Shown here: positions 26,503 to 35,909 of the stretch, piece by piece
Position numbering within the stretch: position 1 is the stretch's first letter
Layout: each line of letters begins with the position of its first letter
From: a virus
Length of the DNA stretch: 64,000 nucleotides
Virus record (IMG/VR): IMGVR_UViG_3300028800_000059
Span: 113,319 to 177,318 of that record
Reading direction: 5' to 3' (one strand)
Position numbers and translations under genes: made by a program
Notes under the pieces: model-generated
What the model saw: only the letters and a program-made list of their open reading frames with translations
Databases searched by the model: none
What the model was told of the DNA's origin: nothing

Positions 26503-28416
26503 TTATTTCCCTGGTTTCTTTGGTGCCGTGGTAACTTTATTTAGATTTCCCTGAGGTTTCTTTACTGGTAGTGATGCGTTTGATTGTTTCGCGGCTCCAC
26601 TATTCGCTCCTACATCGGCCGTCTTATCGTCAAACGGTGTTGGAGCATCGGCTGAACCTCCTACTGGCCGATCCGGAGTTTCTCCTTCTTCTGGAGGCAT
26701 ACCAGTTCCCATGCCACCTGGACCAAATCCAGCCGCCTTTTGTTCCTCCATCAATTCTTTTTCTTCTTCAATTTCTTTGTCAATTTGCTTGATTTCTTCT
26801 TCGTCTTGATGCAGGACGTTCTTACGAATCCATTGCTGTGAGTAATAAACTCCCTTGAATGGTTCGACCAGTGACAACACCGACAACCGATTCATCAGTA
26901 GTTCGGCTTCTTTCAACTCAGTGAAATTGTTGTCCTTTAAGAAGTCATAGTAAATATTTTCGCGAATTTGGCGCCATTCGGAAACTGAGCAAATACCCTT
27001 CAATGAAAGTTGAATTCGCATAGCTTCATCGAACACAGTCGCAAATCTATTTCTCAGACGAGTAATGAATTTGGAGAACTTAACTTCGTCTCGCGTAATT
27101 TCTGTGGTACGACCAAGACCCATACCACCATGTTCCTCGCCTTGTTCGACACGGCTATAAGGAACCGAAAGGGCCTTGTAGAGTTTCTTTTCGAAATACT
27201 TTACATCGGCCAATTCGCCTAGATTTTGTCCAGCCGGCAGAGTAGAAATTTCTGTGCCTTTTGAACCTTCACGGCGAGGCAACCAGAAGTCTTCCAACAT
27301 GGCCATGTATTTACGGTCGTTTCGAATTTCGCCAGTGTTGGCATCATAGACCAGTTTGTTTCTATACTTGGTCATTAGATCGCGAAGATATTGTTCGGCC
27401 TTGACCTTTGGAAGTGAACCAACATCCACATAGAAAATTCGCCGTTCTGGCGCACGAGACAACCGATAAATTACGATGGCGTCTTCGGTCATACGCAACT
27501 GATTAAGCGGCTTGATGGCCTTGTCAAGATAAGATAAAACAATTGCGCGGCGAGAGTCCATCAATCCAGATGCCACCGAAATAATGCTGTCGGTTGCAAT
27601 TCGAAGGCCTAGATTAGAATAGGCACCAATGACGCCGCGCTCGTTATAGACGTAGTATTCATTGACGGCTCGAATGATTTCGGCGCCGCTCTTTGGGTCT
27701 TTTGTTTTTTGGACTTCACGGACCTTACGGATACGTCTTGGATCAATGTAGCGAAGTTCCTTGATGCCAGCCTTTGGATTTGTTTCGTCCAAAATTACGT
27801 GGAAGAAAATTCGTCCATCGACATACCAGCGGCGAAACAGTTCATCGCCCATGTTAGAGAAATTCAAAAGCTTTAGAATAACGTCGAATTGCTCGTTGAT
27901 TTTTGTTTTGATGTTGTCTGGTTGTTCAAGGTTGTCCAACATCATTGTAACAGATTTGCCAGTTTCATCATGGACAATGGCTTCGTTTACAATGTCGTCA
28001 ATACAAGATTCGCATTCTGGCTGCCGCGCCATTTCACGATATTTCGTGATAAGTTTTACTTCGTCACGGACAATACCTTCAAGATCAACGAATGTGCCAT
28101 AGTAGGCACCTGATTGAATAACAACGGCACCGTCGTCATTGGATGGTAGCGCGAATGATTTTGTGTTTCCAGATGCAAGTGTATCCTGAGAAACAACTGT
28201 GTTTCCGCTCATGCCGGCTGGCTGAATTTGAAAGCCGAACATGTTGAAAAGAGATTCGTTTAGTTTTTGAATTTCCAGAGCCCGCTGGACAGGATTAGCA
28301 GTAGAAAGAGCCGGCCGAAACAATTCTGTGAGAGAATCGTTTGGTAGTGAAATGGTTTCTTTTAGACGGCTCTTTGTAGCAGCAGGACTCTTTTTCCGTT
28401 GCGTTGTTTTGGCCAT
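26503..28416 (-). CDS. gp20: portal vertex protein with N- and C-terminal extensions
   Basis: LFRRWYVDGRI, ELRYIDPRRI, YLDKAIKPLNQLRMTEDAIVIYRLSRAPERRIFYVDVG, EDFWLPRREG. Confidence 0.98.
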   Translation of the reverse strand: MAKTTQRKKSPAATKSRLKETISLPNDSLTELFRPALSTANPVQRALEIQKLNESLFNMFGFQIQPAGMSGNTVVSQDTLASGNTKSFALPSNDDGAVVIQSGAYYGTFVDLEGIVRDEVKLITKYREMARQPECESCIDDIVNEAIVHDETGKSVTMMLDNLEQPDNIKTKINEQFDVILKLLNFSNMGDELFRRWYVDGRIFFHVILDETNPKAGIKELRYIDPRRIRKVREVQKTKDPKSGAEIIRAVNEYYVYNERGVIGAYSNLGLRIATDSIISVASGLMDSRRAIVLSYLDKAIKPLNQLRMTEDAIVIYRLSRAPERRIFYVDVGSLPKVKAEQYLRDLMTKYRNKLVYDANTGEIRNDRKYMAMLEDFWLPRREGSKGTEISTLPAGQNLGELADVKYFEKKLYKALSVPYSRVEQGEEHGGMGLGRTTEITRDEVKFSKFITRLRNRFATVFDEAMRIQLSLKGICSVSEWRQIRENIYYDFLKDNNFTELKEAELLMNRLSVLSLVEPFKGVYYSQQWIRKNVLHQDEEEIKQIDKEIEEEKELMEEQKAAGFGPGGMGTGMPPEEGETPDRPVGGSADAPTPFDDKTADVGANSGAAKQSNASLPVKKPQGNLNKVTTAPKKPGK

Positions 28417-28447
28417 GATTTACATTCCCAAGTGAAACGCAAGGTTA

Positions 28448-28996
28448 TTAGAAAATTGTATTAGAGATATCTGTCCAATACTGATATTCCAACGTGACTG
28501 TGAATTCTTCAATTTGATCATTTGATCCCCATGAAACTTCGATTGGACTTACATCATTAGGAAACATACCAATAAACTGATATGTCTTGATTACGTTGCC
28601 CGTCTTTGAATACTGTCGAACAACCGCATCGACGCCGTAGGAAATTGGAGAGGCAGCAGCCGCCAATCTTTCATTTCCTTGCATGGAGTTAATTGCGTTG
28701 AGCCAACTTTCGAATGAATTTCGGATTCCAAAATCTTCGTCATTATAAACTGTAATTGTCCATGGCTGGAATGTTCTGTTGCCAGCAAACTTTAATTCAC
28801 GACCGAAATACATCAAAGGAACAACACCGACCGTTGAACCTGGCAACTGGGCTGAATGAGCCTTGAATTGCAAATCCGTTACGGACGCTCCTGCATTAAT
28901 AGCAAAGGCTGGAAGTGGAAGCAATATGTCGAATAGATTAGCGCGAGCGCCATCTAACTTCATATTGGATCGGAATGCGTTTACGTCGAATGCCAT
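28448..28996 (-). CDS. gp19: tail tube protein
   Basis: DGARANLF…AQLPGSTVG…YFGRELKFAGNRTFQPWTITVYNDEDF…IEEFTVTLEYQYW. Confidence 0.96.
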   Translation of the reverse strand: MAFDVNAFRSNMKLDGARANLFDILLPLPAFAINAGASVTDLQFKAHSAQLPGSTVGVVPLMYFGRELKFAGNRTFQPWTITVYNDEDFGIRNSFESWLNAINSMQGNERLAAAASPISYGVDAVVRQYSKTGNVIKTYQFIGMFPNDVSPIEVSWGSNDQIEEFTVTLEYQYWTDISNTIF

Positions 28997-29019
28997 TTCT
29001 TAGTTTCTCCTAGTTGTTT

Positions 29020-29418
29020 TTACTTACGGTGTGGACCATGATGATGTAGAATTGCTGCCTTCAATAAGTCATGGTGTTTATCGGACATTTGAGCCCAATA
29101 TGTTCTATCCTTTTGGCCGTTAGATGATCCATGATGATATGCTGCGCTCATGGCTCCTTCCAGGTGTCTCAAAACCTCTGGATGAAGTCCTGGTTGTGGA
29201 TTAGTTGGGCCCTCAAATTCAGCAGCCGCTTCGGCTCCGGCATGATGCCGGCGTTCGGCTGCATGTCTCGCTGGTCTTGGAGAAGGATGGTTCTCCCAAG
29301 GAGAAGTTCCATCTACATCTTCTTCTTTAAAAAGTGCCGCGCGAATTTCTTCTGTAGTTTCTTTTGGTTCTACAGTGATTCCTTGAATCAAATAACGCTC
29401 TAATGTGTCTCTTGCCAT
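29020..29418 (-). CDS. His-rich putative internal head protein, partial paralogue of 22211..22837
   Basis: shares GLHPEV.[RK]HL … LK.AIL.HHGP with 22211..22837; has its own late promoter (GATAAATA). Confidence 0.6.
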   Translation of the reverse strand: MARDTLERYLIQGITVEPKETTEEIRAALFKEEDVDGTSPWENHPSPRPARHAAERRHHAGAEAAAEFEGPTNPQPGLHPEVLRHLEGAMSAAYHHGSSNGQKDRTYWAQMSDKHHDLLKAAILHHHGPHRK

Positions 29419-29440
29419 GGTATTATTTATCTCCTAAATC

Positions 29441-31354
29441 TTAGAATGTTCCGACAATTTCAGTGAAGGCAACACCTTGAGGCGAAGCCACGAAGTTCAA
29501 CTGAATACCACGGATGCTTTCGGCAGCCTTGATGTAGATATCACCGATGAAGTTCTTGGACTGGACAACAATTGGAGTGTTGTTTGTGTCGTCACATACA
29601 ACCAAGAAACTATTGATACCACCAAGCCCCTGGACCTGTCGTAGGAATGGATTGACAAGATTCAGGAAGGCATTCTGTGTTGCATGATTGTTGAATTTGA
29701 ATAGTGAGAACTTGGATGCCGAAGCAATCGCCTGTTCAAGAATGATGAACAAGAAACGAATACCAATGGCATTAAAGTCACTGTTTTCAGACAACATCGT
29801 TGTATCACCAAACAACATTGGTCCAAATCCAGGGAATGTAACGGCTGGATTTACACAGGCTGGGAACAACAAATCTCTGTCCACCTGGGATGGGTTCCAA
29901 GAAAGCTTCACAGCATTCTTGATGATACCGCGTTCATAGCCAGCACCTGGAGCCCATGGTGCTGTTGTGATTGCCGACTGAGCCTGGAGGCCAGCCGAGT
30001 CACCACAAAGAGGAATCCAACGATACACGTCATTGTATTTGTCATAGACATATTTCCATGAACTGTCCATGAAGCCATAAGAAGATGATGGCAACTGATT
30101 ACGATAAGCCAGGATTGCCGTATCTTCGTTTCCGGCGTTGTTGACAACATCGGAGAAGTTTGGTGAAATATAGGCCACGCAATCCTTTCGGACTTCGGCA
30201 ATATTTTCGATTAGATATTCGGCTATGTTCAAATCAGCATCGACGCCAATCAAGAAACGAACAGTCACATCATCTGTATTCAAGAAGTATGAATAGGCGG
30301 TTTCTTTATCGCCATCAGTCGAAGTGCCTTCAACACCACCAGATAGGCTTGCGTATTCTGGAACATTGATTTGTGTGAATGTATTTCCAGATGCCGACTG
30401 GCCCCAATTTGTGCCAGCAGAGTTGTTTTGCATCCAATAGGCATATTTTGATTTCTGGAACAGGACGTTTCTGTAGTAATTTGATGTTCCGTCCACATTC
30501 TTGGCATCAGATGCCAGAGATAGATATGGGAATACTTCTAACACTGTATTTGCGGTGCCGGTGAACTGACCACCTTGATCGACCACGATTACGTGAATTT
30601 GATCGTTTGCTCCGTTGACTTGGGAAGCAAAGCGTGAAGTGCCTGGCGCACCAGCAAAATATTTGGACCAAGCCCAACGGCGTTTTGCTGTATTGGCAAC
30701 CAAGGTTGCATTGATAATTGCGGTAGAGTTTACGGTAGCGTTAGAATTAGAACCGTTTGACTGGACTTTAATGACTAATGCTTCACCCAAGGTACCAACC
30801 TGTAGAAGGTCGCCTGGAGTTAGGGTTCCGACAACGTTTCCGCTGAAAGTAACTAGATTGCTTCCGGCTGTAGTATTAGCCGTAAGAGATAATGTATCGC
30901 TGAAGGCATTTGCCGAAGGACAAGATGAAACCAACAGAGAATTTCCAAGAGCGCCAGCATAACGAGCGGCATAATCACCAACCGAAGCACCACCAGCATA
31001 ATAGCTGGCTTCGTATGTGTCACGATTTGCGATATACAAACCAGAACCATCGGCGGTTGCGTTTTTGTAAATGGTATTTCCAGAGCGAACAACCCAAAGG
31101 GAACCTGAATAAGACAGGAACTGTGCGGCCGTCAAGAATGCCAAGTAGGCACTATCATTTGGCTTAAAGAAAGTGTTCACCAAACTTGTTGCTGATGCGT
31201 TTTCGGTATCAACCAAAACTCTCTTGTTGATTGGACCCCAACGGAATTGCCCAGCAATACCAGCGGCAATTGTAGGAACTGCCGGAATGGTTGTTGTTAG
31301 ATTGAATTCGTTGACCTTGACACCTGGCGAAAGGAAAAAAGGAATGTTTGCCAT
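29441..31354 (-). CDS. gp18: contractile tail sheath protein
   Basis: FLSPGVKVNE, GQFRWGP, FLSYSG.LWVVR, YKYVYDKYNDVYRWIPL, NVRRLF-equivalent GIRFLFIILE, IQLNFVA. Confidence 0.97.
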   Translation of the reverse strand: MANIPFFLSPGVKVNEFNLTTTIPAVPTIAAGIAGQFRWGPINKRVLVDTENASATSLVNTFFKPNDSAYLAFLTAAQFLSYSGSLWVVRSGNTIYKNATADGSGLYIANRDTYEASYYAGGASVGDYAARYAGALGNSLLVSSCPSANAFSDTLSLTANTTAGSNLVTFSGNVVGTLTPGDLLQVGTLGEALVIKVQSNGSNSNATVNSTAIINATLVANTAKRRWAWSKYFAGAPGTSRFASQVNGANDQIHVIVVDQGGQFTGTANTVLEVFPYLSLASDAKNVDGTSNYYRNVLFQKSKYAYWMQNNSAGTNWGQSASGNTFTQINVPEYASLSGGVEGTSTDGDKETAYSYFLNTDDVTVRFLIGVDADLNIAEYLIENIAEVRKDCVAYISPNFSDVVNNAGNEDTAILAYRNQLPSSSYGFMDSSWKYVYDKYNDVYRWIPLCGDSAGLQAQSAITTAPWAPGAGYERGIIKNAVKLSWNPSQVDRDLLFPACVNPAVTFPGFGPMLFGDTTMLSENSDFNAIGIRFLFIILEQAIASASKFSLFKFNNHATQNAFLNLVNPFLRQVQGLGGINSFLVVCDDTNNTPIVVQSKNFIGDIYIKAAESIRGIQLNFVASPQGVAFTEIVGTF

Positions 31355-31411
31355 GAGTTATATGCTCTCCTAGTTTTTATTGTTGCTGATTTTATTTAGA
31401 AAAAATAGGAG

Positions 31412-33151
31412 TTACGCTCGCAAGGCCCTATCAAAATCGAGGTCCCAGGAATCACCATCAAATGGGTAATACTGTCTTCGATGTTCCTGATATAATTCTT
31501 CTCTTTCTGTCTGGGCTTCTTCCTTTTCGCGTTCGGCGTCGTCCACTCCATCATCTACAACGAATGGAACAATGTCGTCATCTTCAAGATTGAGATATTC
31601 TTTTTGGAGAATTTCTCGAATATTCATATCCACGGCGTCTTTGAAATATCTCTGAGCCATTAGCCATGAAAAAATTACTAGGCCCATTACAAGATCATCA
31701 TGGTATCCCTGTTCGGCAGCAAACGATTCTTGACTGGCGATGAATGTGGTCATTTCCCCAATTGTCTGTGAATCATAAGTTACCAATTTATCCATTTCGA
31801 TCAAAGTTTTAAGGTTGGCACAACCAATTCTTTTAGTGGCCTTGGATTGTTTTAGACCGGTTTGCATCTTGCCTTTGGATTGATATCCCTGAGAAATTTG
31901 TTGTCCTAATTTTCCCTTTGCAGTAATTTTAATCAGATTTTCATAGGCAATATCAAAATGCAATAGATCACCAACTTGGAGGCCAATTGTCGAAATTTCT
32001 AAAAGCACATAGGCACTATTATATCGATTGGCGAACTCCCAAATGATTGTTGGAAACAACAGCGGCGATATATCATTTCGCCGGAATGTGGCCACTACTT
32101 CATATGGTAGATAAGTAACATCAATCATTTGAATAGTAGAATAGTCTTGACCCTGTCCTTCGGCCACGTCCACACAGGCAACATAGATATGCGGTCGTTG
32201 AACAAGTTTTCCGTCTTCGGTTCGTTTTTCGATGATAGGGTCTTTCCAATATCTGAAGCCGCCTTCTTCTCGAATAGGATTTCTTTCGACCATGTTTCGG
32301 AGTTTGCCGGCACTAATTAATGTATTACTCGATCCCAGGAAGGCCAAATTATGTTCCTGTTCGAACTTAACTGGTCCGAGAGTTTCGATTTGGTCGCGCA
32401 TCCATTTCTCGTCACGACCAGGAACTTCTGTCCAGTGAACGATAATAGGAACGAATCCGTTCTTACCAGCTTCGGCCGACTTCCACATTCGATAGAAGTG
32501 ATTCATGCCTTTTGGAGTAGAAGTGATAAAGATTTTTGTATTTTTACCTTGAGAAAGAGTAGGATAAACCGAAGTAAAGAAATCCTCGGCTAAATTATTT
32601 TGAATGTGAGCAAATTCGTCAAGATATAGAATGTTGATTGTGAAAGATCGTAGTGCGTCAACGGATGTTGCTGCTGAAACAAGTCGGCTACCGTTTTCCA
32701 ACCAGATGCTCATTTTGTTCCATTCTTGAACACCTTGTTGGAGCCACTTTGGAAGACTCATATAACAAAAGGCTGCCCGGTTCATCAATTCTTTGGCTGT
32801 ATCTTGTTTGTTGGCCATGATGGCTACTGTCTTTGTTTTGTGAAACAGAATATACCAAATGAAAAACGCTGCCACGACAGTTGTTTTACCAGATTGCCGA
32901 GCGGCCATGACAATTACTTTTCGGTTCTTGTGCATTCCATCTACAATTTTGCGCTGATATGGACGCAAAATACATGGAACTTTATTACCATCGGCGTCTA
33001 GAACGCTGACGTAAGTTTCAATAAAATAGATTGGGTCTTTTCGACACTTGATCCATTCACGTTTTTGATCGGGAGTGAACGCCATGGTCACTCCCACCTG
33101 TTTCAGAAATGGATTTTTTCTGAAAAAATCTTGCCGTGATAGATCGCCCAT
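31412..33151 (-). CDS. gp17: terminase large subunit
   Basis: ARQSGKTT, LYLDEFAHI, ITSTPKGMNHFY, VDVAEGQGQDYS, HDDLVM. Confidence 0.98.
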   Translation of the reverse strand: MGDLSRQDFFRKNPFLKQVGVTMAFTPDQKREWIKCRKDPIYFIETYVSVLDADGNKVPCILRPYQRKIVDGMHKNRKVIVMAARQSGKTTVVAAFFIWYILFHKTKTVAIMANKQDTAKELMNRAAFCYMSLPKWLQQGVQEWNKMSIWLENGSRLVSAATSVDALRSFTINILYLDEFAHIQNNLAEDFFTSVYPTLSQGKNTKIFITSTPKGMNHFYRMWKSAEAGKNGFVPIIVHWTEVPGRDEKWMRDQIETLGPVKFEQEHNLAFLGSSNTLISAGKLRNMVERNPIREEGGFRYWKDPIIEKRTEDGKLVQRPHIYVACVDVAEGQGQDYSTIQMIDVTYLPYEVVATFRRNDISPLLFPTIIWEFANRYNSAYVLLEISTIGLQVGDLLHFDIAYENLIKITAKGKLGQQISQGYQSKGKMQTGLKQSKATKRIGCANLKTLIEMDKLVTYDSQTIGEMTTFIASQESFAAEQGYHDDLVMGLVIFSWLMAQRYFKDAVDMNIREILQKEYLNLEDDDIVPFVVDDGVDDAEREKEEAQTEREELYQEHRRQYYPFDGDSWDLDFDRALRA

Positions 33152-33651
33152 TATTCTGCCTGTGGAATATTATTTGCCGTAGAAACCAACTCAGACTCTA
33201 CGTCAATAACTCCCAATTCTTCTTCCATTTTATCGAAAAATTGGGCGCTTGTGCCAGTGAATTCAATTTTTTCTACATTGAATTGTGTAATTGTTGCTGG
33301 TACAACTTCATTGTTTGATTTTGGTTCTGATCCTGGAACTGGCATTTGATCCATGAATTCGATTTCACGAATGTTTTTTTGAGTTTGAAGTAATTTTTCG
33401 GCAATTTCTCCAAGATTTTTTAGAAGTCCACTAGCTACTTCAAAAGCCCGTGGATGTTCGCTGTCTTCGGCAATGTCGATGGATTTTTCAAAGGCTGTTT
33501 GACCTAATTCTAATAGGTCGTGCATGGCCTTTCGAGCCTTTTGATAGTCTTCGGCTGTGTCGGCTTCAGAAGTATATTTAATAATTTTTTTGCTAACTTC
33601 TTCAATAGGAATAATATTATTGTTAGCATTTACTGATTCTAATAAAATCAT
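33151..33651 (-). CDS. gp16: terminase small subunit
   Basis: DYQKAR…LLE.G…A..SEHPRAFEVAS.L; start placed at 33651 (TAATG coupling, AAGGA SD). Confidence 0.9.
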   Translation of the reverse strand: MILLESVNANNNIIPIEEVSKKIIKYTSEADTAEDYQKARKAMHDLLELGQTAFEKSIDIAEDSEHPRAFEVASGLLKNLGEIAEKLLQTQKNIREIEFMDQMPVPGSEPKSNNEVVPATITQFNVEKIEFTGTSAQFFDKMEEELGVIDVESELVSTANNIPQAE

Positions 33652-33977
33652 TATATTTTCCTTATTCCTTTGTTCCAAGGAATTTGTCCTTGTTTTGATT
33701 TACTTATTTTCAATCGAGTTTCTATAGATTTTTTTCTTCCTTTCATTTCTTTTTTATCTATTTGTTTAGTCATTCCCAAATATGCAAGTTTATCGCCAAT
33801 TCTACTAAATGAATTCCACATCATATGATGACAGTCAATATGTTCCTGTTCGGTTAAATGAATAATATTAATGGGATGATTAATGCCTCGCCCAGTTTCA
33901 TCTAAGGCTTTTAAAGAACCATATCGACGTTTCCATTCATGTTTAGGAATGATATGGTGTTTTTGATTGTATATCAT
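33651..33977 (-). mobile_element. small HNH homing endonuclease (HHIIPKH family) with a NUMOD3-like tail
   Basis: HHIIPKH…NIIHLTEQEHIDCH; GRKKSIETRLKIS; PWNKG. Confidence 0.75.
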
Positions 33978-33983
33978 AACAAT

Positions 33984-34014
33984 GAAAAAGAAAGAGGATC
34001 GAAATCCTCTTTCT
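33984..34014 (-). terminator. intrinsic terminator
   Basis: AGAAAGAGGAT-TTCG-ATCCTCTTTCT followed by TTTT (UUCG tetraloop). Confidence 0.9.
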
Positions 34015-34024
34015 GTTCGTTATA

Positions 34025-34189
34025 TTAGAACCAGCCTAAAGTAAAGTGTTCAAGCAAGTATAATGCTACAGCTACAATTGCTGCACCGCCAACCCACTTC
34101 AACCAGTTTGTGTTGTGTTCAACCAAGCTTGTTGCTTCATTACTTACAGCATTTCCTACGGAATTAACTGTGTTTGCTACGTTTGCCAT
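34025..34189 (-). CDS. 54-aa single-pass membrane protein, not in the ORF track (MANVANTVNSVGNAVSNEATSLVEHNTNWLKWVGGAAIVAVALYLLEHFTLGWF)
   Basis: AAGGAG SD, CATAAATA late-promoter variant, own terminator, C-terminal hydrophobic helix. Confidence 0.8.
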   Translation of the reverse strand: MANVANTVNSVGNAVSNEATSLVEHNTNWLKWVGGAAIVAVALYLLEHFTLGWF

Positions 34190-34222
34190 GTTTTGTTTCT
34201 CCTTTTCAATAGTTATTTATGA

Positions 34223-35242
34223 TTAAAGTTGAGGGTATTCAGTGATAGTTGTATGGTATCCATAGGAACTATTGGCATTGGCATTGGCTGGATCGGGTGT
34301 TACCACAATTCTACTCATTGGTGTAGGCACTTCTTCGGCAGTAAATACGATATAACCAGATGCATTTGATTCGGCTGACTTGATGACAACATTCGACAAG
34401 AAGTGTCCAGAAGAAACATTTGCCAATCTCAGATGCCCAAGATTGGCGTTCCATTCGGCTACTTCGCCTTGAACATAGGATTCATTTAATGTTCGACCTT
34501 GGTAAACAATTTCGCCTGTTTTAAAAGACCCAGTTCCAGTGTTTGCATAAAATTCCAAATCAACGAATTCATCGAACAATCCATAGGCATTATACATGGT
34601 CGTGGTGACGGTAGTAATTAATGGAGTATTAGCCACAGGTCCATAATAAGTAGCCTTCATTATGAAATTGAGGTCCCATTGGATCATACGAATTGTTTCA
34701 TATGGACCTTCATATTCAATATTTGTATCCATTCCTTGAAGTATCAGAGGAAAATTTTTCTTTCCAGCCTCACCCATTTCTGGCATGACGTTTATTGACA
34801 AGGTGTAATCTTGCCGAAAGAACGGGATGATTTGTTCAATTACTTGATAGGCATCATCGATGTTTCTGGCAAACAAAGATAGAGTGAATGATAAATCCCA
34901 CGGTGCGCCTGTGAACATGGATAGAAGATGATCCGAAGCACCACCAACGTTTGCCATTTTGTTTGTCATTTGCAGGGCGCGTTGTGGGTCATAATTCATT
35001 GATGGTTGATCATATGAAAGCTGTGGAAGGACCACTTCAACCTGACGCGATAGATTTGGGTCCTGTCTCAGCCGGGATAGATATTTTTCTTTAGGTCCGT
35101 AATTGATAGGAACGCGCACACGATAAAACTCATTCGATTTGTCTTTACTGGCTCTAACAATCGAGATATCTTTAAAGATTGAACCAAAGGCAGTAATAGC
35201 CTTTCGCGTTATTTGGTTATAAAATGGTTGATTTCCAAGAAT
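34223..35242 (-). CDS. gp15: tail sheath stabiliser / tail terminator
   Basis: VPINYGPKEKYL…LPQLS…YDPQR…PW…LS…IEQIIPFF; N-terminus extended to ATT-LGNQPFYNQITRKAITAFGSIFKDI, with an in-frame TAA 5 codons upstream. Confidence 0.9.
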   Translation of the reverse strand: MLGNQPFYNQITRKAITAFGSIFKDISIVRASKDKSNEFYRVRVPINYGPKEKYLSRLRQDPNLSRQVEVVLPQLSYDQPSMNYDPQRALQMTNKMANVGGASDHLLSMFTGAPWDLSFTLSLFARNIDDAYQVIEQIIPFFRQDYTLSINVMPEMGEAGKKNFPLILQGMDTNIEYEGPYETIRMIQWDLNFIMKATYYGPVANTPLITTVTTTMYNAYGLFDEFVDLEFYANTGTGSFKTGEIVYQGRTLNESYVQGEVAEWNANLGHLRLANVSSGHFLSNVVIKSAESNASGYIVFTAEEVPTPMSRIVVTPDPANANANSSYGYHTTITEYPQL

Positions 35243-35255
35243 GGGAGTATTCCTT

Positions 35256-35263
35256 TATAAATA
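35256..35263 (+). promoter_or_regulatory. late promoter driving the antisense HNH gene
   Basis: TATAAATA on the plus strand, followed by a hairpin and a GGAGG SD. Confidence 0.75.
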
Positions 35264-35312
35264 AAGCATAGGTCGCGGATTGGCGTCCCACCTATTCTAA
35301 CTTGGAGGAACC

Positions 35313-35909
35313 ATGTCAGCTAACAATCATATTTATCATATCCATCATATCATACCCAAACATCGCTGGAAAGAACTCTATGGTTCTTTGGATGGCATTA
35401 ACGTGCCATGGAACACAATTCGATTAACTATATCCGAACATGCCGAATACCATAAAAAATTATGGAAAGAATTTGGTCGTTGGCAAGATGAATATGCGTG
35501 GAATTACTTATCTGGATTAATTGGTAAAGATTTGGTGTTAAAAGAAATATATAAGCAAAATGGTTTGAAGAGAATTGGTATAAAACAATCAGTAGAAACA
35601 CAAGATAAAAAACGAATTAAATTAAAAGGGATTCCCTTATCAAAGGAAACAAAAAAGAAAATGAGTGAGGCGGCTAAGAAACGTTGTCAAAATCCTTTGG
35701 AAAAGAAAAGATTGCAGAAAATGGCTAATAATTGGCTAGGCAAACATCATAAAACCGAAAGCAAAATAAAAATAAGTCAAGCCAATAAAGGACAAAATTT
35801 AGGTGGTAAATTATCTCAATCAACTAAAGATAAAATTCGTCAAAGCATGATTTTATTTGGTCAGAGAAAAAAAATTAATCGGGCGATCCAAATGGATTCA
35901 CTTCATTAA
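35313..35909 (+). mobile_element. HNH homing endonuclease with NUMOD3-like repeats, antisense between gp14 and gp15
   Basis: HIHHIIPKHRW…NTIRLTISEHAEYH; KGIPLSKETKKKMSE, GKHHKTESKIKIS repeats. Confidence 0.82.

Noticed and set aside
35243-35312. A duplicated gp14 3' end beyond the 35313 HNH gene, like the one at 43968
   Set aside because: Translation of the minus-strand frames shows no match to NPFGSPD*.
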